Assembly: GCA_963826715.1 (NCBI GenBank)
Contig: CAWGYA010000001.1
Location: 1 to 64,000 of the forward strand
Direction: 5' to 3'
Origin: Candidatus Bathyarchaeota archaeon
GTDB lineage: Archaea > Thermoproteota > Bathyarchaeia > Bathyarchaeales > Bathycorpusculaceae
Length of the DNA: 64,000 bases
The translations under genes were made by a program, and so were the position numbers. Below are positions 18,968 through 29,164 of the stretch, in pieces (within the stretch, counting starts at the first letter, position 1; each line of letters opens with the position of its first letter). The notes beneath the pieces were generated by a model, which had not been told where the DNA came from, did not search any database, and worked only from the letters and a program-made list of their open reading frames with translations.

Positions 18968-19648
18968 TCAGAAGGGTTTGTTGCTGATTTTGGTGTAAAC
19001 ATCATTTTTGCCTTCTAAGGCGGCTTCAAGACGTTGTGGATAAAACCCGTTAACGACATAACAATCGAGTGATGTTTGAGAGAGAAGCTTAGGTAGATAC
19101 CTATCAACGCTTGTTCGTTTATTTAGCGCTAAAAGGTCATCAATTGAGAGCTTCCTGAGCAGTATTGCACCAGAGTTAACTTTTGGGTTGTCAGTGTAAA
19201 TACCATCAACGTCAGTTATCAGTATTACTCTACAGGCATCCAACAGCCTTGCAATGTATAAGGCGATTGAGTCAGAGGTGACATCCCATGAGTTTTCCAA
19301 AGGATTCTCCTTAAACATTAATCTCGAAGGCAAAAATACAGGTAACCGGCCGTGATCAAACATATCTTGGGCTTTCTCTATACTCTCCGTGGCAACAGCA
19401 TTAGGAAGCAAATCTGATAATACCAAACCATATTGATCCATACCCAAAATCGCCATACGATGCGCCGCTGTTGCAGTAAGACACAAGCGTTTGTCGAATT
19501 CGCGTACAACATCCGCAAATTCACCACCTCCTCCAACCACAATCAATCTATGCTTTTTTGATAAAACACCAATTTTTAGGCATAAAACGCGTAGTTTCAG
19601 AGGGCATCTTGACAGACTCCCGCCGACTTTTAAAACTGAGACGTCCAT
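18968..19648 (-). CDS. mfnE: amino-acid kinase family, [5-(aminomethyl)furan-3-yl]methyl phosphate kinase
   Basis: KVGGSL, GGGEFAD, AHRMAI, SWDVTSDSIA; mfn operon context. Confidence 0.85.
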   Translation of the reverse strand: MDVSVLKVGGSLSRCPLKLRVLCLKIGVLSKKHRLIVVGGGGEFADVVREFDKRLCLTATAAHRMAILGMDQYGLVLSDLLPNAVATESIEKAQDMFDHGRLPVFLPSRLMFKENPLENSWDVTSDSIALYIARLLDACRVILITDVDGIYTDNPKVNSGAILLRKLSIDDLLALNKRTSVDRYLPKLLSQTSLDCYVVNGFYPQRLEAALEGKNDVYTKISNKPF

Positions 19649-20707
19649 TTTATGTTTCCACCAGCAATTTTATTTGCAGTCATCAATGCCACAGCAACAG
19701 CAGGAGTTGCATAAACGGTTTCTTTTGGCAATATTGCATCTAAATCGATGATTTCATCGACTACCAATTGCTCGGCTGCTCTACGAGCAAGAAACTCTTT
19801 ACCCATCCCAGTAACAATAACACACACATTTTCCTGTGTTAGTGACTTAATATACGTATATGCTTTTTTTAGATCATCAGCTATTTGACGGATTTGTTCT
19901 CGGTAAATGTAATTAGCAATTTCACAGATTTCTTCTACAGAAAGCATATCAGTGTCTGCGCAAACGACGCGTGCGAGCCGCGCCAAAGATTCCGCCACTG
20001 TTTTTCCTCGCCCATCAGTTGTCTCCGAAGTGTAATCTACATCTGGTATGTTCCCCAAAACCAGATGAACATCGCCCGAAACTGCAAAAAGCTCCGATGA
20101 GACCCTTGCCAAACCATCTTTCAAGGGAATATTCTTCACAATAGCTGCAATGTTTGTTCTTAAACTCCCAGTATAAACGAGTTCACCGCATACCAGTTTA
20201 TCGACATCAGTTTTGCCCTGCGCCGCAACTTCATTATTTAAAATTGGAATTATACTAGTGCCTAGTACTCCCGACATCGACGACGATAGCGTTTTTTAGA
20301 AATTGAGCAACAAGCCAACCTGTACCAGCCCAATTTGCAGAGGCAACTTTAAGAGGAAACAATTTTGCCTCTTTAAGAGTTATAAGAGTGGCATCTGTGT
20401 TTAAGACAAAGATAGGTGTTTTGTTAAAGACCTTTTTGACGCTTGCAAGAATATGATAAACGCCTTCACTTTTTGTTTGATAAGCATCTGAGAGCTCTGC
20501 AGTCATAGTTACACCAACCGCGTCAAATTTCTCGATCTTTAATCGTTCCTTGAGGTTAGCCAATATAAAAGCAAGTTTTTCAGGATGCTTCCAAACAGGA
20601 AAATATTCAGCCACCACCGCGACACTTCGCAAGCAACCGTTTTCTAAATGCACCGCAGCGACTTTGATGTTTGCTCCTCCAACATCGTATCCTAAAACGT
20701 AAACCAA
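19630..20707 (-). CDS. mfnF: MfnF (hydantoinase A-like), split by one extra base near 20262
   Basis: GYDVGGANIK, TMTAELSD, ASANW, VDVGST|TSIIP, ELVYTG..RT; single extra G breaks the frame. Confidence 0.82.
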
Positions 20708-20717
20708 ACTATTTCCC

Positions 20718-21944
20718 TCAGCAAATAATGCTATGCAGAGCCTTATTAGCTCTACTCAACTGTATCTGGGCCGCCTCAAGGGTCCCGCCCAACCCAAGGA
20801 TTATGGCAAAAGATGATGTACTGCCCTCCAAAGGAAAAGGTGGCGAAACTATCTCGTTCTGGCTAAGAGTTTTTCGATAAACTTCCAAAGAGGGTAAAGG
20901 AATTTGGATTTTTTGAAGACATGCAACCCCATCGTTTTGCAACTTAAGGGGAAGTTTACCAACCATGACCACCTGAACAATTGCCTCCGCAAAATTAATT
21001 TCGCTCACACAGCGCAAGCCTACATAAGAAGTCGTCAACCGAGCGTTAATATCCACCACAAAGAGTCCTCCATCGCCCAACACCATATCCACACCCACAT
21101 ATCCCTTCAGTCCCTGAAATGATTCAACAGCTTTCTCAGCCAACCTTAACGCCCTCACCATCATAGGGTGTTCAAAGGGAATGATACCACCGAGATAGCT
21201 TGATTCTTCACTGGAGATCGCTAGGTTAATCTGCTGCCTGTTCAGAGACAAAGCCACAGCTTTTTTACCATCTGTAATCAAACAAACACTTGCTGATTCT
21301 CCATCCACGTATTGCTGGGCAATAAAATGCCTACTTTTAGACTCTTTCCTAAGTTTTTTTAGGGCCTCTCCAATCTGAGCGTCGCTTTTCAACAAAGTTA
21401 TTCCACTGCAACCCGTTCCAGCGGTAGGTTTGAAAACAGCGGGATAACCTAGTTCGTCCAAAGCTCTCTTAACGCCTTCAGGGTCGTTAACGTTTAGAAT
21501 TAAAGTTTTTGGAGTTTGCACACCTGTTCTTTGGAGGGTTTCGTAGAGTATCTCTTTATTAGAAACCTTAGAAATAGAATGGGATTTGCAGTTTAACACT
21601 ATTTTATTAGTTTTTTCAGCACGTTTTACAAGATATTCAAGTTTTTGACAACTTTCAGGGGCAATAACGTAGATGGCGTCGTTTATTTGGGCGATACAGG
21701 CGAGAAACTTGAGGGATTCTTCAGCATAAATTACGGGAACAATGCAGTCAGCATCAAGGGGCGAATTAAGTTTGATTAGGCGTATGTCCAACAACACGGT
21801 AACTTCGTGACCTGCCCGTTTAAAATCGGCTGTTGCGGATCTTAGCATCGCATAGGCTTCAGCCAAAACTTCTGACACTAAAGGGTGTTCTGCGCAGCCT
21901 CCACCGCAAAAATGCTCATAAAGTAAAATTCGCAAAAAAGTCAC
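20718..21944 (-). CDS. mfnD: ATP-grasp tyramine-L-glutamate ligase
   Basis: LLYEH, IAPE, KP..GTGC, GYVGVD, INARLTTSY. Confidence 0.85.
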   Translation of the reverse strand: MTFLRILLYEHFCGGGCAEHPLVSEVLAEAYAMLRSATADFKRAGHEVTVLLDIRLIKLNSPLDADCIVPVIYAEESLKFLACIAQINDAIYVIAPESCQKLEYLVKRAEKTNKIVLNCKSHSISKVSNKEILYETLQRTGVQTPKTLILNVNDPEGVKRALDELGYPAVFKPTAGTGCSGITLLKSDAQIGEALKKLRKESKSRHFIAQQYVDGESASVCLITDGKKAVALSLNRQQINLAISSEESSYLGGIIPFEHPMMVRALRLAEKAVESFQGLKGYVGVDMVLGDGGLFVVDINARLTTSYVGLRCVSEINFAEAIVQVVMVGKLPLKLQNDGVACLQKIQIPLPSLEVYRKTLSQNEIVSPPFPLEGSTSSFAIILGLGGTLEAAQIQLSRANKALHSIIC

Positions 21945-21947
21945 CTT

Positions 21948-23078
21948 TTAAATCTCTTCTGTATTTAACGATTCAAGAAAAGCCTTGGCATTCTTTCTTT
22001 TCAAGTGAGGCATAACCACGAGACGTATACAGTCATAACGTGGAATATAAGATACAAACCATCCTCGTTTCCATAGGCTATCAGCAAGTTGCTTCGTATT
22101 TCTGCTTCTAAAAGCAATGATATTTAGATCCGGTTCACAGATCAGGCGCATCCCTGCCTTTTTTATCCCATCTGCAAGAATCCAGGTAATTCTCATGCAA
22201 CCAGATACAATTTTTTGATAGCCTTCTCTACCCAGAACTTTGAAGACAGCCCATGCCGACGCAACTGACGCGCCTGTTCTTGTACCCACAAATGTGTATT
22301 GCTCAGAGCCAGATAGATACGGAGTTTCAACTTTTAAGGCATCAATTAACTTTGAATTGTTAAAAAGAATTCCACCTGCTGGAATGGCTGCCAACCCCAT
22401 TTTATGCGGGTCAACTGTAATGGATGATACACCCTTCAAGCGGAAATCAAAAGGGAGTTTGCTCTTTTGAAAGGGGATTACTAACCCACCGAATGCCGCA
22501 TCCACATGTAAATATAGGTTTTCTGCCAAAGCGATATCGGAAAGCTCCCCGATTGGATCCACTGCTCCCAGTTCAGCTGTGCCTGCAGTACCGACTAATG
22601 CGACAGTGTTTTTAGTTATAATTTTTTTAACCGCGGAAATATCTACCCTAAAAGCACCATCCAAGGGGGCATATCTGGGTTTTAGATTTGTTATATTACA
22701 GATTTTTGTAAACGAGAAATGGGCAGAGTTTGGCAAAATAACCTCGGGTTTAATGATTTTCGAACTTTTTTTGGCCACTTGCATCGCAAGAAGATTAGCT
22801 TCAGTTCCTCCAGAAACAATAAAGCCAGCAGCGCTCTCAGCATTTAAGAGACCAGCAAGATCAGAAACAACTTGACGTTCTAACTCCGCAGCCTCGGGAA
22901 AAAGTCCTCTGTCACCGAGATTTGACTCAAAGAAAAGGTTGTAAGCTTTTTTGGCAATAGGATGAGGTCGAGTGCACATTGAACAAAGAATTCGACCGTC
23001 GTCATAGCGACTATCGTTTTTGCATCGTTTCTTCAGTTCAGCCAAAACTATTTTTTTGGTAGAACCACTCTGCTGCAC
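21948..23078 (-). CDS. mfnA: L-tyrosine/aspartate decarboxylase
   Basis: SMCTRPHP, NLGD.GLFP, SGGTEAN, HVDAAFGG, DPHKMG. Confidence 0.93.
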   Translation of the reverse strand: MQQSGSTKKIVLAELKKRCKNDSRYDDGRILCSMCTRPHPIAKKAYNLFFESNLGDRGLFPEAAELERQVVSDLAGLLNAESAAGFIVSGGTEANLLAMQVAKKSSKIIKPEVILPNSAHFSFTKICNITNLKPRYAPLDGAFRVDISAVKKIITKNTVALVGTAGTAELGAVDPIGELSDIALAENLYLHVDAAFGGLVIPFQKSKLPFDFRLKGVSSITVDPHKMGLAAIPAGGILFNNSKLIDALKVETPYLSGSEQYTFVGTRTGASVASAWAVFKVLGREGYQKIVSGCMRITWILADGIKKAGMRLICEPDLNIIAFRSRNTKQLADSLWKRGWFVSYIPRYDCIRLVVMPHLKRKNAKAFLESLNTEEI

Positions 23079-23080
23079 AA

Positions 23081-23803
23081 CTACGCCCTCTTAATCTGTC
23101 GCAAGGCTTCCTTTAATCCAGTAACAAGCTCACGAGTTACGATGCCACCATTTCGATCATTATTTGTGCACGCTGCACCCCTTAAACCAACGATGTCTGT
23201 GCCTAAACGATAAACCATAGATATATCTTGTCTGCGAAGGGAACCTGCCAAAGCCGCCGCTAAACCGAAATTATGGGCAGAAGCAACGAAATCTTCGAGC
23301 TGCTTTGCGGATTGATAATCGAAGAGTGTAGACCCGTTTTTTGTGGCAGTATCAAGCATAACCACGTCAGCACCTGCTCTACTGGCAATTTCGGGAATAG
23401 ATACTGGGTCTATGGTTCCAATTTTTTCGAAGTCAGCGTATCCCGCGGCAACCACTTTTACATGGGGGCGGCAGTTTTTAGCAGCTCGAATAACTTGTCT
23501 TAACAAAAAAATAGCTTCGTCCACTGTTCTAACTCCAAACAACCCAACCTTAACATAGTCAACACCCAGAGAGGCGGCACCCAAAGCCGCCAGTGAAAAC
23601 GAACCCGGCATGTTTGGTGCGTCACCGATTGCACAACTTATTTCAACTCGCGTCGGGGCAAGTTTTTTTATTGCGCTAATGACCCACGGGTAATTTGCAC
23701 CCAACGCACCCTCTTGGGGGTTTTTAACGTCGATTATGTCTGCACCGCCAGCAATGGCTTCCTGGGCTTCAGCTTCGTTTTTGGGGCTTATAAGTAGCTT
23801 CAA
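23081..23803 (-). CDS. mfnB: (5-formylfuran-3-yl)methyl phosphate synthase
   Basis: LLISP, GGADIIDVKNPQEGALGANYPW, MLDTA.K, LAGSL. Confidence 0.95.
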   Translation of the reverse strand: MKLLISPKNEAEAQEAIAGGADIIDVKNPQEGALGANYPWVISAIKKLAPTRVEISCAIGDAPNMPGSFSLAALGAASLGVDYVKVGLFGVRTVDEAIFLLRQVIRAAKNCRPHVKVVAAGYADFEKIGTIDPVSIPEIASRAGADVVMLDTATKNGSTLFDYQSAKQLEDFVASAHNFGLAAALAGSLRRQDISMVYRLGTDIVGLRGAACTNNDRNGGIVTRELVTGLKEALRQIKRA

Positions 23804-23888
23804 GTGGCATCACAAACATGCGGCTAAAGGAAGCCTTTAAAGCTTTCCCGTCGTTGAGGCTGTTTTACTAAATCCCCTCTTCAACAAG

Positions 23889-24236
23889 CTAATGCTTTAG
23901 TGATACTAACTCCAGTTTAGTTAACGGTGAACCAGAGGCCTTCATAGTTCGTATAGCTTTGAGGTGTTCTAAATCATCCATCGCTGATTCAATCATCTGA
24001 CGCTCCAACTCATCGGTAAATTCCGCGTGGTTCACCTTGATTGTCGCTACATAGATTTTGGCCTTCTTTATTTTCCTCAAATCAACGCTTAGATCAGCAT
24101 CAAGGCAGAGGTGCTCACCAAAATCCAAGTCTACTGCGTCAACATGACGGTCATTTTGGTTAACACGGTTTATTCGTATTCTTTTCTGAATTGTTTCAAT
24201 TAGTTTCCAGTCAGGAACCATCATATCAATCACCAA
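23889..24236 (-). CDS. hypothetical protein
   Basis: 115 aa ORF directly downstream of pelota. Confidence 0.6.
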   Translation of the reverse strand: MVIDMMVPDWKLIETIQKRIRINRVNQNDRHVDAVDLDFGEHLCLDADLSVDLRKIKKAKIYVATIKVNHAEFTDELERQMIESAMDDLEHLKAIRTMKASGSPLTKLELVSLKH

Positions 24237-24257
24237 GTTGCATATCGTATCTATATT

Positions 24258-25352
24258 TTAGCTTTGAGATGCATTTTCCGTATAAATTGGATACCTTAGC
24301 AAAGCTACAATGCCACCTAAGGAAAGTAACTTTGAACCAGCTTCATGCTCTGTGCTCACTACAGTTATTGCGGCATTGCGTTTCTCCACTTGCCGCATCA
24401 AATCCTCAAGCTTTAGCCTTTGCAATTCGTTAGCGTCGCGCAATGTCGTGTCAGCTACAATTAGCTTTTCAACCGCGCCCAATAAAATTGCATTCTCAAC
24501 CGGCCCCAACCCGTATGTTACTGTACCTTCACCTTTGCCCAAGCGTTTCATTACTTCCTCAATGGTTTCGGTTTCCTCCACGATTCGGAGATCATGCGCA
24601 GCCTTTAGCAATACTCCTGAACGCAATGCCTCGTCAATACCCGCTGTTCCCCCATTATTCACGCTTTTAATATCCGCTATCGCTTTAGAAAGTTCTTTGG
24701 ATTCTTCTTGAATATAATTTATGAAGTCGTTTTTTACATATCCTGCACCTATAATAACTATGGGATTGTGATTTATCCGCCAGAGTTTATCGAGGCTATT
24801 TAAGGCTAAACGGAAATAGGCTTTGGTGGCCTCCACACGTTTGTCAGCATCTTGTTTGCCGGGTAGCCGCATACGTTGGTCAACACGGGTTTCGTACCCA
24901 TACTGCTTGGTTTCTGCAACGGCAAAACCCTCGTCATCTATGGAAATAATTAGGAGAGGTTTTTCTACTTCACTGGCTTTGGTTAATCGATCAAGGAGAT
25001 GCTTTACCCACTCTTTTTTCACAATTGTCATCTGTTGATTGAGGGCAATAGCAAGAGTATGATGTGCGCCTGTAGGAATTATATCCGGTGCATGAATTAT
25101 TAGGCCGTGCACCCGAAGCTTTCCTAAAAATTTGTCCCAACTAACTGACTCCACTTTTACACCCATAAATGCGGATACACGTTCCCCGCTTTTTGGGCGG
25201 CTGGTTTCTGTATCGGTTTTTATGGCGCGGCTACTATATGCATAAACTTCATCGCCTTTGTAGATTACATTGTATAAGTGCCAGAGGTCGTCTGAGGTAT
25301 CGGGAACAACTTTGATGAAACCTTGATGAAGATTTTTCTCTGTAATTTTCAA
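24258..25352 (-). CDS. pelA: pelota / Dom34 ribosome rescue factor
   Basis: DDLWHLYNVI, LRVHG, GAHHTL, LGGIVALLRY; TTG start at 25352 preferred. Confidence 0.95.
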   Translation of the reverse strand: MKITEKNLHQGFIKVVPDTSDDLWHLYNVIYKGDEVYAYSSRAIKTDTETSRPKSGERVSAFMGVKVESVSWDKFLGKLRVHGLIIHAPDIIPTGAHHTLAIALNQQMTIVKKEWVKHLLDRLTKASEVEKPLLIISIDDEGFAVAETKQYGYETRVDQRMRLPGKQDADKRVEATKAYFRLALNSLDKLWRINHNPIVIIGAGYVKNDFINYIQEESKELSKAIADIKSVNNGGTAGIDEALRSGVLLKAAHDLRIVEETETIEEVMKRLGKGEGTVTYGLGPVENAILLGAVEKLIVADTTLRDANELQRLKLEDLMRQVEKRNAAITVVSTEHEAGSKLLSLGGIVALLRYPIYTENASQS

Positions 25353-25702
25353 GTAGCAACCACTCTTTGGCAAGCACAAACATTGAGTGTACAAAACTTA
25401 AATTCTTTCTTATCAAAATTACTTTATCTTTTTAGGATTTTGCAGTTAAAAGTTTAAAAAAATATTTTACCCGCTCTTGAAAAAGGAAGACAAGAGACCA
25501 TCGATAGCATGTTGCAACCACTTACAGACAACTTTAGTATCTGAATTTTTCAGGTTACTCAAAATTTCATAGCTCGAATGGGAAATCAAAGGAAAAAAGT
25601 TCAGACAGTAAATACTTTTCAATTAGTCGATCTGGCAGAATCAGCAGACAAAAATTTTTGAAGATAAAAAGAAGGTTGGGGAAAAACCCTGGGTTTGCTG
25701 CT

Positions 25703-27871
25703 CTAAATAAGATGCAGCAGGTTGAAGAATAGCGGGATGAACACTATGCTTAGTGTGCTTAGCAATTTTATGAGTACGTGTAGGCTTGGTCCTGCTGTGT
25801 CTTTCATGGGGTCGCCGACGGTGTCACCTACGACTGCTGCTGCGTGGGCTGGGCTGTTTTTGCCGCCTAAGTGGCCTGCTTCGATGTATTTCTTTGCGTT
25901 GTCCCATGCACCGCCGCCTGTGTTCATCAATAGCGCCAGAGGTACTGCTGAGAGGGTTGCGCCGATTACTAGTGCGCCGACTGCTTCAGGACCCATCAAG
26001 ATACCGATGATGAGTGGTACGATCACGACGATTAGGGCTGGAAGCACCATGCCTCTAAGCGCTGATTTTGTGCTGATGTCAACTGCTCTACCGTAGTCTG
26101 GTTTGCCTGTGCCGTCCATGATGCCGGGGATTTCTTTGAATTGTCGTCTGACTTCTGCAACCATTTCTCCTGCTGCTTTGCCGACTGCACTGATGGCTTG
26201 TGAACTAAAGAAGAAGGGCATCATTGCGCCGATGAAACCTGCTACGAGCACGGCGGGGTTGGAGATGTCTATGCTAATTGCCACGCCTGTTTGCAGGCTA
26301 ACTTCTTCGAGGTATGTTTGGAAGAGCAACTGCGCTGCGAGGAGTGCCGAGCCGAGGGCGAAGCCTTTGGTGAGGGCTTTGGTTGTGTTGCCGACTGCGT
26401 CGAGGGCTTCCATGGTTGCTTCTGCGCCGCCTTCGCCTGACATTTCTGCGATGCCTGCTGCGTTGTCCGCGATTGGGCCAAAACCGTCGAGGGCTAAAAC
26501 CATACCCATGACTGCCAGCATACCCATAGTGGCGAGGGTTGTGCCGTAGATGCCACCGATGAAGGGGTCAATACCGATTTCTAATCCGAATTGGGTTCCG
26601 AACCAATAGGAAGCGAGGAGTGCGATAACCAATGAGACAATTGGTAATGCGGTGGTTTCCAAGCCGACGGCAAATCCTGTGATAATATTGGTTGCGCTAC
26701 CTGTCTCGCTGGCTTTAGCAATCTTTTTGACTGGTCCGCGGTCTCGTCCAGTGTAATAGTCTGTGATGTAGTCAATTGCTACGCTTGCAGCTAACCCTGC
26801 AAGTAGACAGTAGAATAGATACATGCTGCCGAGTAAAAAGAAGGATGCGAAGAAGAAGAGTATGCCTGAGACGATAGTGGTTACCATGAGTCCTTTGCGA
26901 AGTGCTTTCATGGGGTGCTTGGCTTCTGATTCGCTGAGCTTCACAAAAGGCATGCCGACCAATGTGGCAAAGATTCCTAAGGCTCTTGCAATGAGAGGGA
27001 AGAAAAGGAAAATCAGATTGCCTGTGGCCATGCTGATTAAGCCGCCGATGATCATGCCACCGATGTTCTCGCCCGTGGCTGACTCAAAGAGATCTGCACC
27101 TCGGCCAGCGCTGTCACCGACGTTGTCACCGACGTTGTCAGCGATGACTGCTGGGTTTCGTGGGTCGTCTTCGGGGATGCCTGCCTCGACTTTGCCGACG
27201 AGGTCTGCGCCGACGTCAGCTGCTTTGGTGTAGATGCCGCCGCCGAGCTGGGCGAAGAGCGCGATTAATGAGGCGCCAAAGCCCATGCCGACTATGCCGC
27301 TTGCTGCTTGGCGGCCTAACACGGCTGAGTCATAAGCAGTCATGGTGCCGAACATGGCGTTGTAGCCGCCGTATAACAAGAAGAGAAAACTTACACCCAA
27401 CAAAGATAACCCGACAACCGCCATACCCATCGTGGCGCCGCCGTAAAACGCGGTTTTCAACGCTTTTTCTGCGCCGAAGTCTTTTGCCGCTGCCACAGTT
27501 CGCACGTTGGCTTTGGTTGCATTGTCCATGGCGATGTAGCCAGCCGCCAGTGACGCGACTGCTCCCACCAGGAACGCTGCAGCCGTGCCAACTCCAAATG
27601 GCCCAGAGGGCAAGGCTACCCACAGCAGCGCAAAAATGACTACTGTGATTATACCGATGGTCTTATACTGCCTTTTAAGAAATGCGTAAGCGCCTTCGCG
27701 TATTGCATTGCCTACTTCTACGGTTTTGGGTCCGCCCGGATTCATTTTTCCTATGCGGTACATGAGTAAAAGTGAAGCAATCACAGCGATAACACCCGCT
27801 ATGGGTGCTATCCAAAAGATGAGGGGGTTAGTTGAAGTTAGAATTTGTAGGGGTATGTACATGTTGAACAA
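25703..27871 (-). CDS. hppA: membrane-bound H+-translocating pyrophosphatase, K+-independent type
   Basis: GGGIYTKAADVGADLVGKVE, EDDPRN, DNVGDNVGD; GNTTKA (Lys) marks K+ independence. Confidence 0.96.
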   Translation of the reverse strand: MFNMYIPLQILTSTNPLIFWIAPIAGVIAVIASLLLMYRIGKMNPGGPKTVEVGNAIREGAYAFLKRQYKTIGIITVVIFALLWVALPSGPFGVGTAAAFLVGAVASLAAGYIAMDNATKANVRTVAAAKDFGAEKALKTAFYGGATMGMAVVGLSLLGVSFLFLLYGGYNAMFGTMTAYDSAVLGRQAASGIVGMGFGASLIALFAQLGGGIYTKAADVGADLVGKVEAGIPEDDPRNPAVIADNVGDNVGDSAGRGADLFESATGENIGGMIIGGLISMATGNLIFLFFPLIARALGIFATLVGMPFVKLSESEAKHPMKALRKGLMVTTIVSGILFFFASFFLLGSMYLFYCLLAGLAASVAIDYITDYYTGRDRGPVKKIAKASETGSATNIITGFAVGLETTALPIVSLVIALLASYWFGTQFGLEIGIDPFIGGIYGTTLATMGMLAVMGMVLALDGFGPIADNAAGIAEMSGEGGAEATMEALDAVGNTTKALTKGFALGSALLAAQLLFQTYLEEVSLQTGVAISIDISNPAVLVAGFIGAMMPFFFSSQAISAVGKAAGEMVAEVRRQFKEIPGIMDGTGKPDYGRAVDISTKSALRGMVLPALIVVIVPLIIGILMGPEAVGALVIGATLSAVPLALLMNTGGGAWDNAKKYIEAGHLGGKNSPAHAAAVVGDTVGDPMKDTAGPSLHVLIKLLSTLSIVFIPLFFNLLHLI

Positions 27872-28033
27872 CGCATGTCCATTTTACTTATATATTTTTC
27901 TAGCATTTTTTTTGCTATATTATGATAAAATCTATAGCTCGGATGGCAGCTTAAACAATTTTTTGCATGGGCGCTTGGTTGCATTTTTAAGCAAGCCCCA
28001 CATATTTCAACTAAGACACCCAGCAAGTGAAAT

Positions 28034-29164
28034 GTGATGCCTCAAAGATTAATAGTTGTTAAAGTCGGCACAGGTGGCATAACTACCCGCGACGGCAAAC
28101 TTGACCAACGACAGATGGCAAAGCTTGCCGAGCAGATTGCAGACGCCAACAAGCAAGGCGACAGAATAGTGCTGGTTAGCTCTGGCGCAGTCGCCGCCGG
28201 CATAGCGGAGCTGGGCATCCCCCCTAAGCCCAAAGACATGGCGTTTCAGCAAGCCGCCGCAGCTACTGGGCAAAGCGTTCTTATGGCGCTTTATCGCGAA
28301 CTTTTTAAAAAACACTGTTTGAAGGTGGCACAGATACTGCTCACCGCCGAAGACCTCTCCAACCGAGCATCATACGTGCACACCTGCGACGTTTTGGGAT
28401 TACTGCTTAAGGTTGGGGTGTTGCCGATTATCAACGAAAATGATGTCACTTCCGTTGATGAGCTTATGCGCACTGAGGGCTACAGGATCAACTTCAGCGA
28501 CAACGATATTCTCTCGGTGCTGGTAGCGGGCGCAGTATGCGCGGACCTTGTAATTATCCTCTCAGATGTGGAGGGACTCTACACTGCTGACCCCTCTGAA
28601 CCCGATGCGAAGCTTATTAGAACGGTCGATGCAATCACCGACGAACTCAAAAACTCGCTTAAAGGCAAGAACAAACGGGGCAGGGGCGGCATCCAAAGCA
28701 AACTTAAAGCCGCCGAAATTGCAACTTCCTGCGGCATCCCCGTCATCATCGCCAATAGTCGACGCATAAACGTAATCGCCGACATCTTGGATGGCAAAGA
28801 AGTAGGCACCTACTTTAAGCCTCAGTCGCGGATGCCCGCTGTTAAACGCTGGATAGCCTTTGGCGCCTCAGTCAAGGGCACGATTCATGTGAATGAGGGC
28901 GCAAAAAAAGCCATCCTCGACGGTGCTAGCCTCTTGCCCGTCGGAGTCGTCGGCGTCAGCGGAACCTTCGATGAAGGTGACGTAGTCACATTGGCAAATG
29001 AACGCGACGTTGAGTTTGCGCGGGGCAATCCCAACTACAGCAGCGCCCAGTTAAACCTAATTAAAGGTCTGCAGGTATCTGATGTGCAGCGAAAACTCGG
29101 CGCTGACAAACCCAAAGAGGTAATAGAGCACCGAAGCATACACTTAAGCGAGGATTCAAAATGA
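28034..29164 (+). CDS. proB: glutamate 5-kinase with PUA domain
   Basis: VVKVGT, VSSGAVAAG, INENDV, DNDILS. Confidence 0.96.
   Translation: MMPQRLIVVKVGTGGITTRDGKLDQRQMAKLAEQIADANKQGDRIVLVSSGAVAAGIAELGIPPKPKDMAFQQAAAATGQSVLMALYRELFKKHCLKVAQILLTAEDLSNRASYVHTCDVLGLLLKVGVLPIINENDVTSVDELMRTEGYRINFSDNDILSVLVAGAVCADLVIILSDVEGLYTADPSEPDAKLIRTVDAITDELKNSLKGKNKRGRGGIQSKLKAAEIATSCGIPVIIANSRRINVIADILDGKEVGTYFKPQSRMPAVKRWIAFGASVKGTIHVNEGAKKAILDGASLLPVGVVGVSGTFDEGDVVTLANERDVEFARGNPNYSSAQLNLIKGLQVSDVQRKLGADKPKEVIEHRSIHLSEDSK

Noticed and set aside
25570-25600. ORB-like sequence TCGAATGGGAAATCAAAGG
   Set aside because: Single weak match, no cdc6/orc1 nearby, no repeated copies found
25722-27639. Long plus-strand ORFs opposite hppA (and similar antisense ORFs across the window)
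   Set aside because: Shadow ORFs caused by codon bias of the real gene
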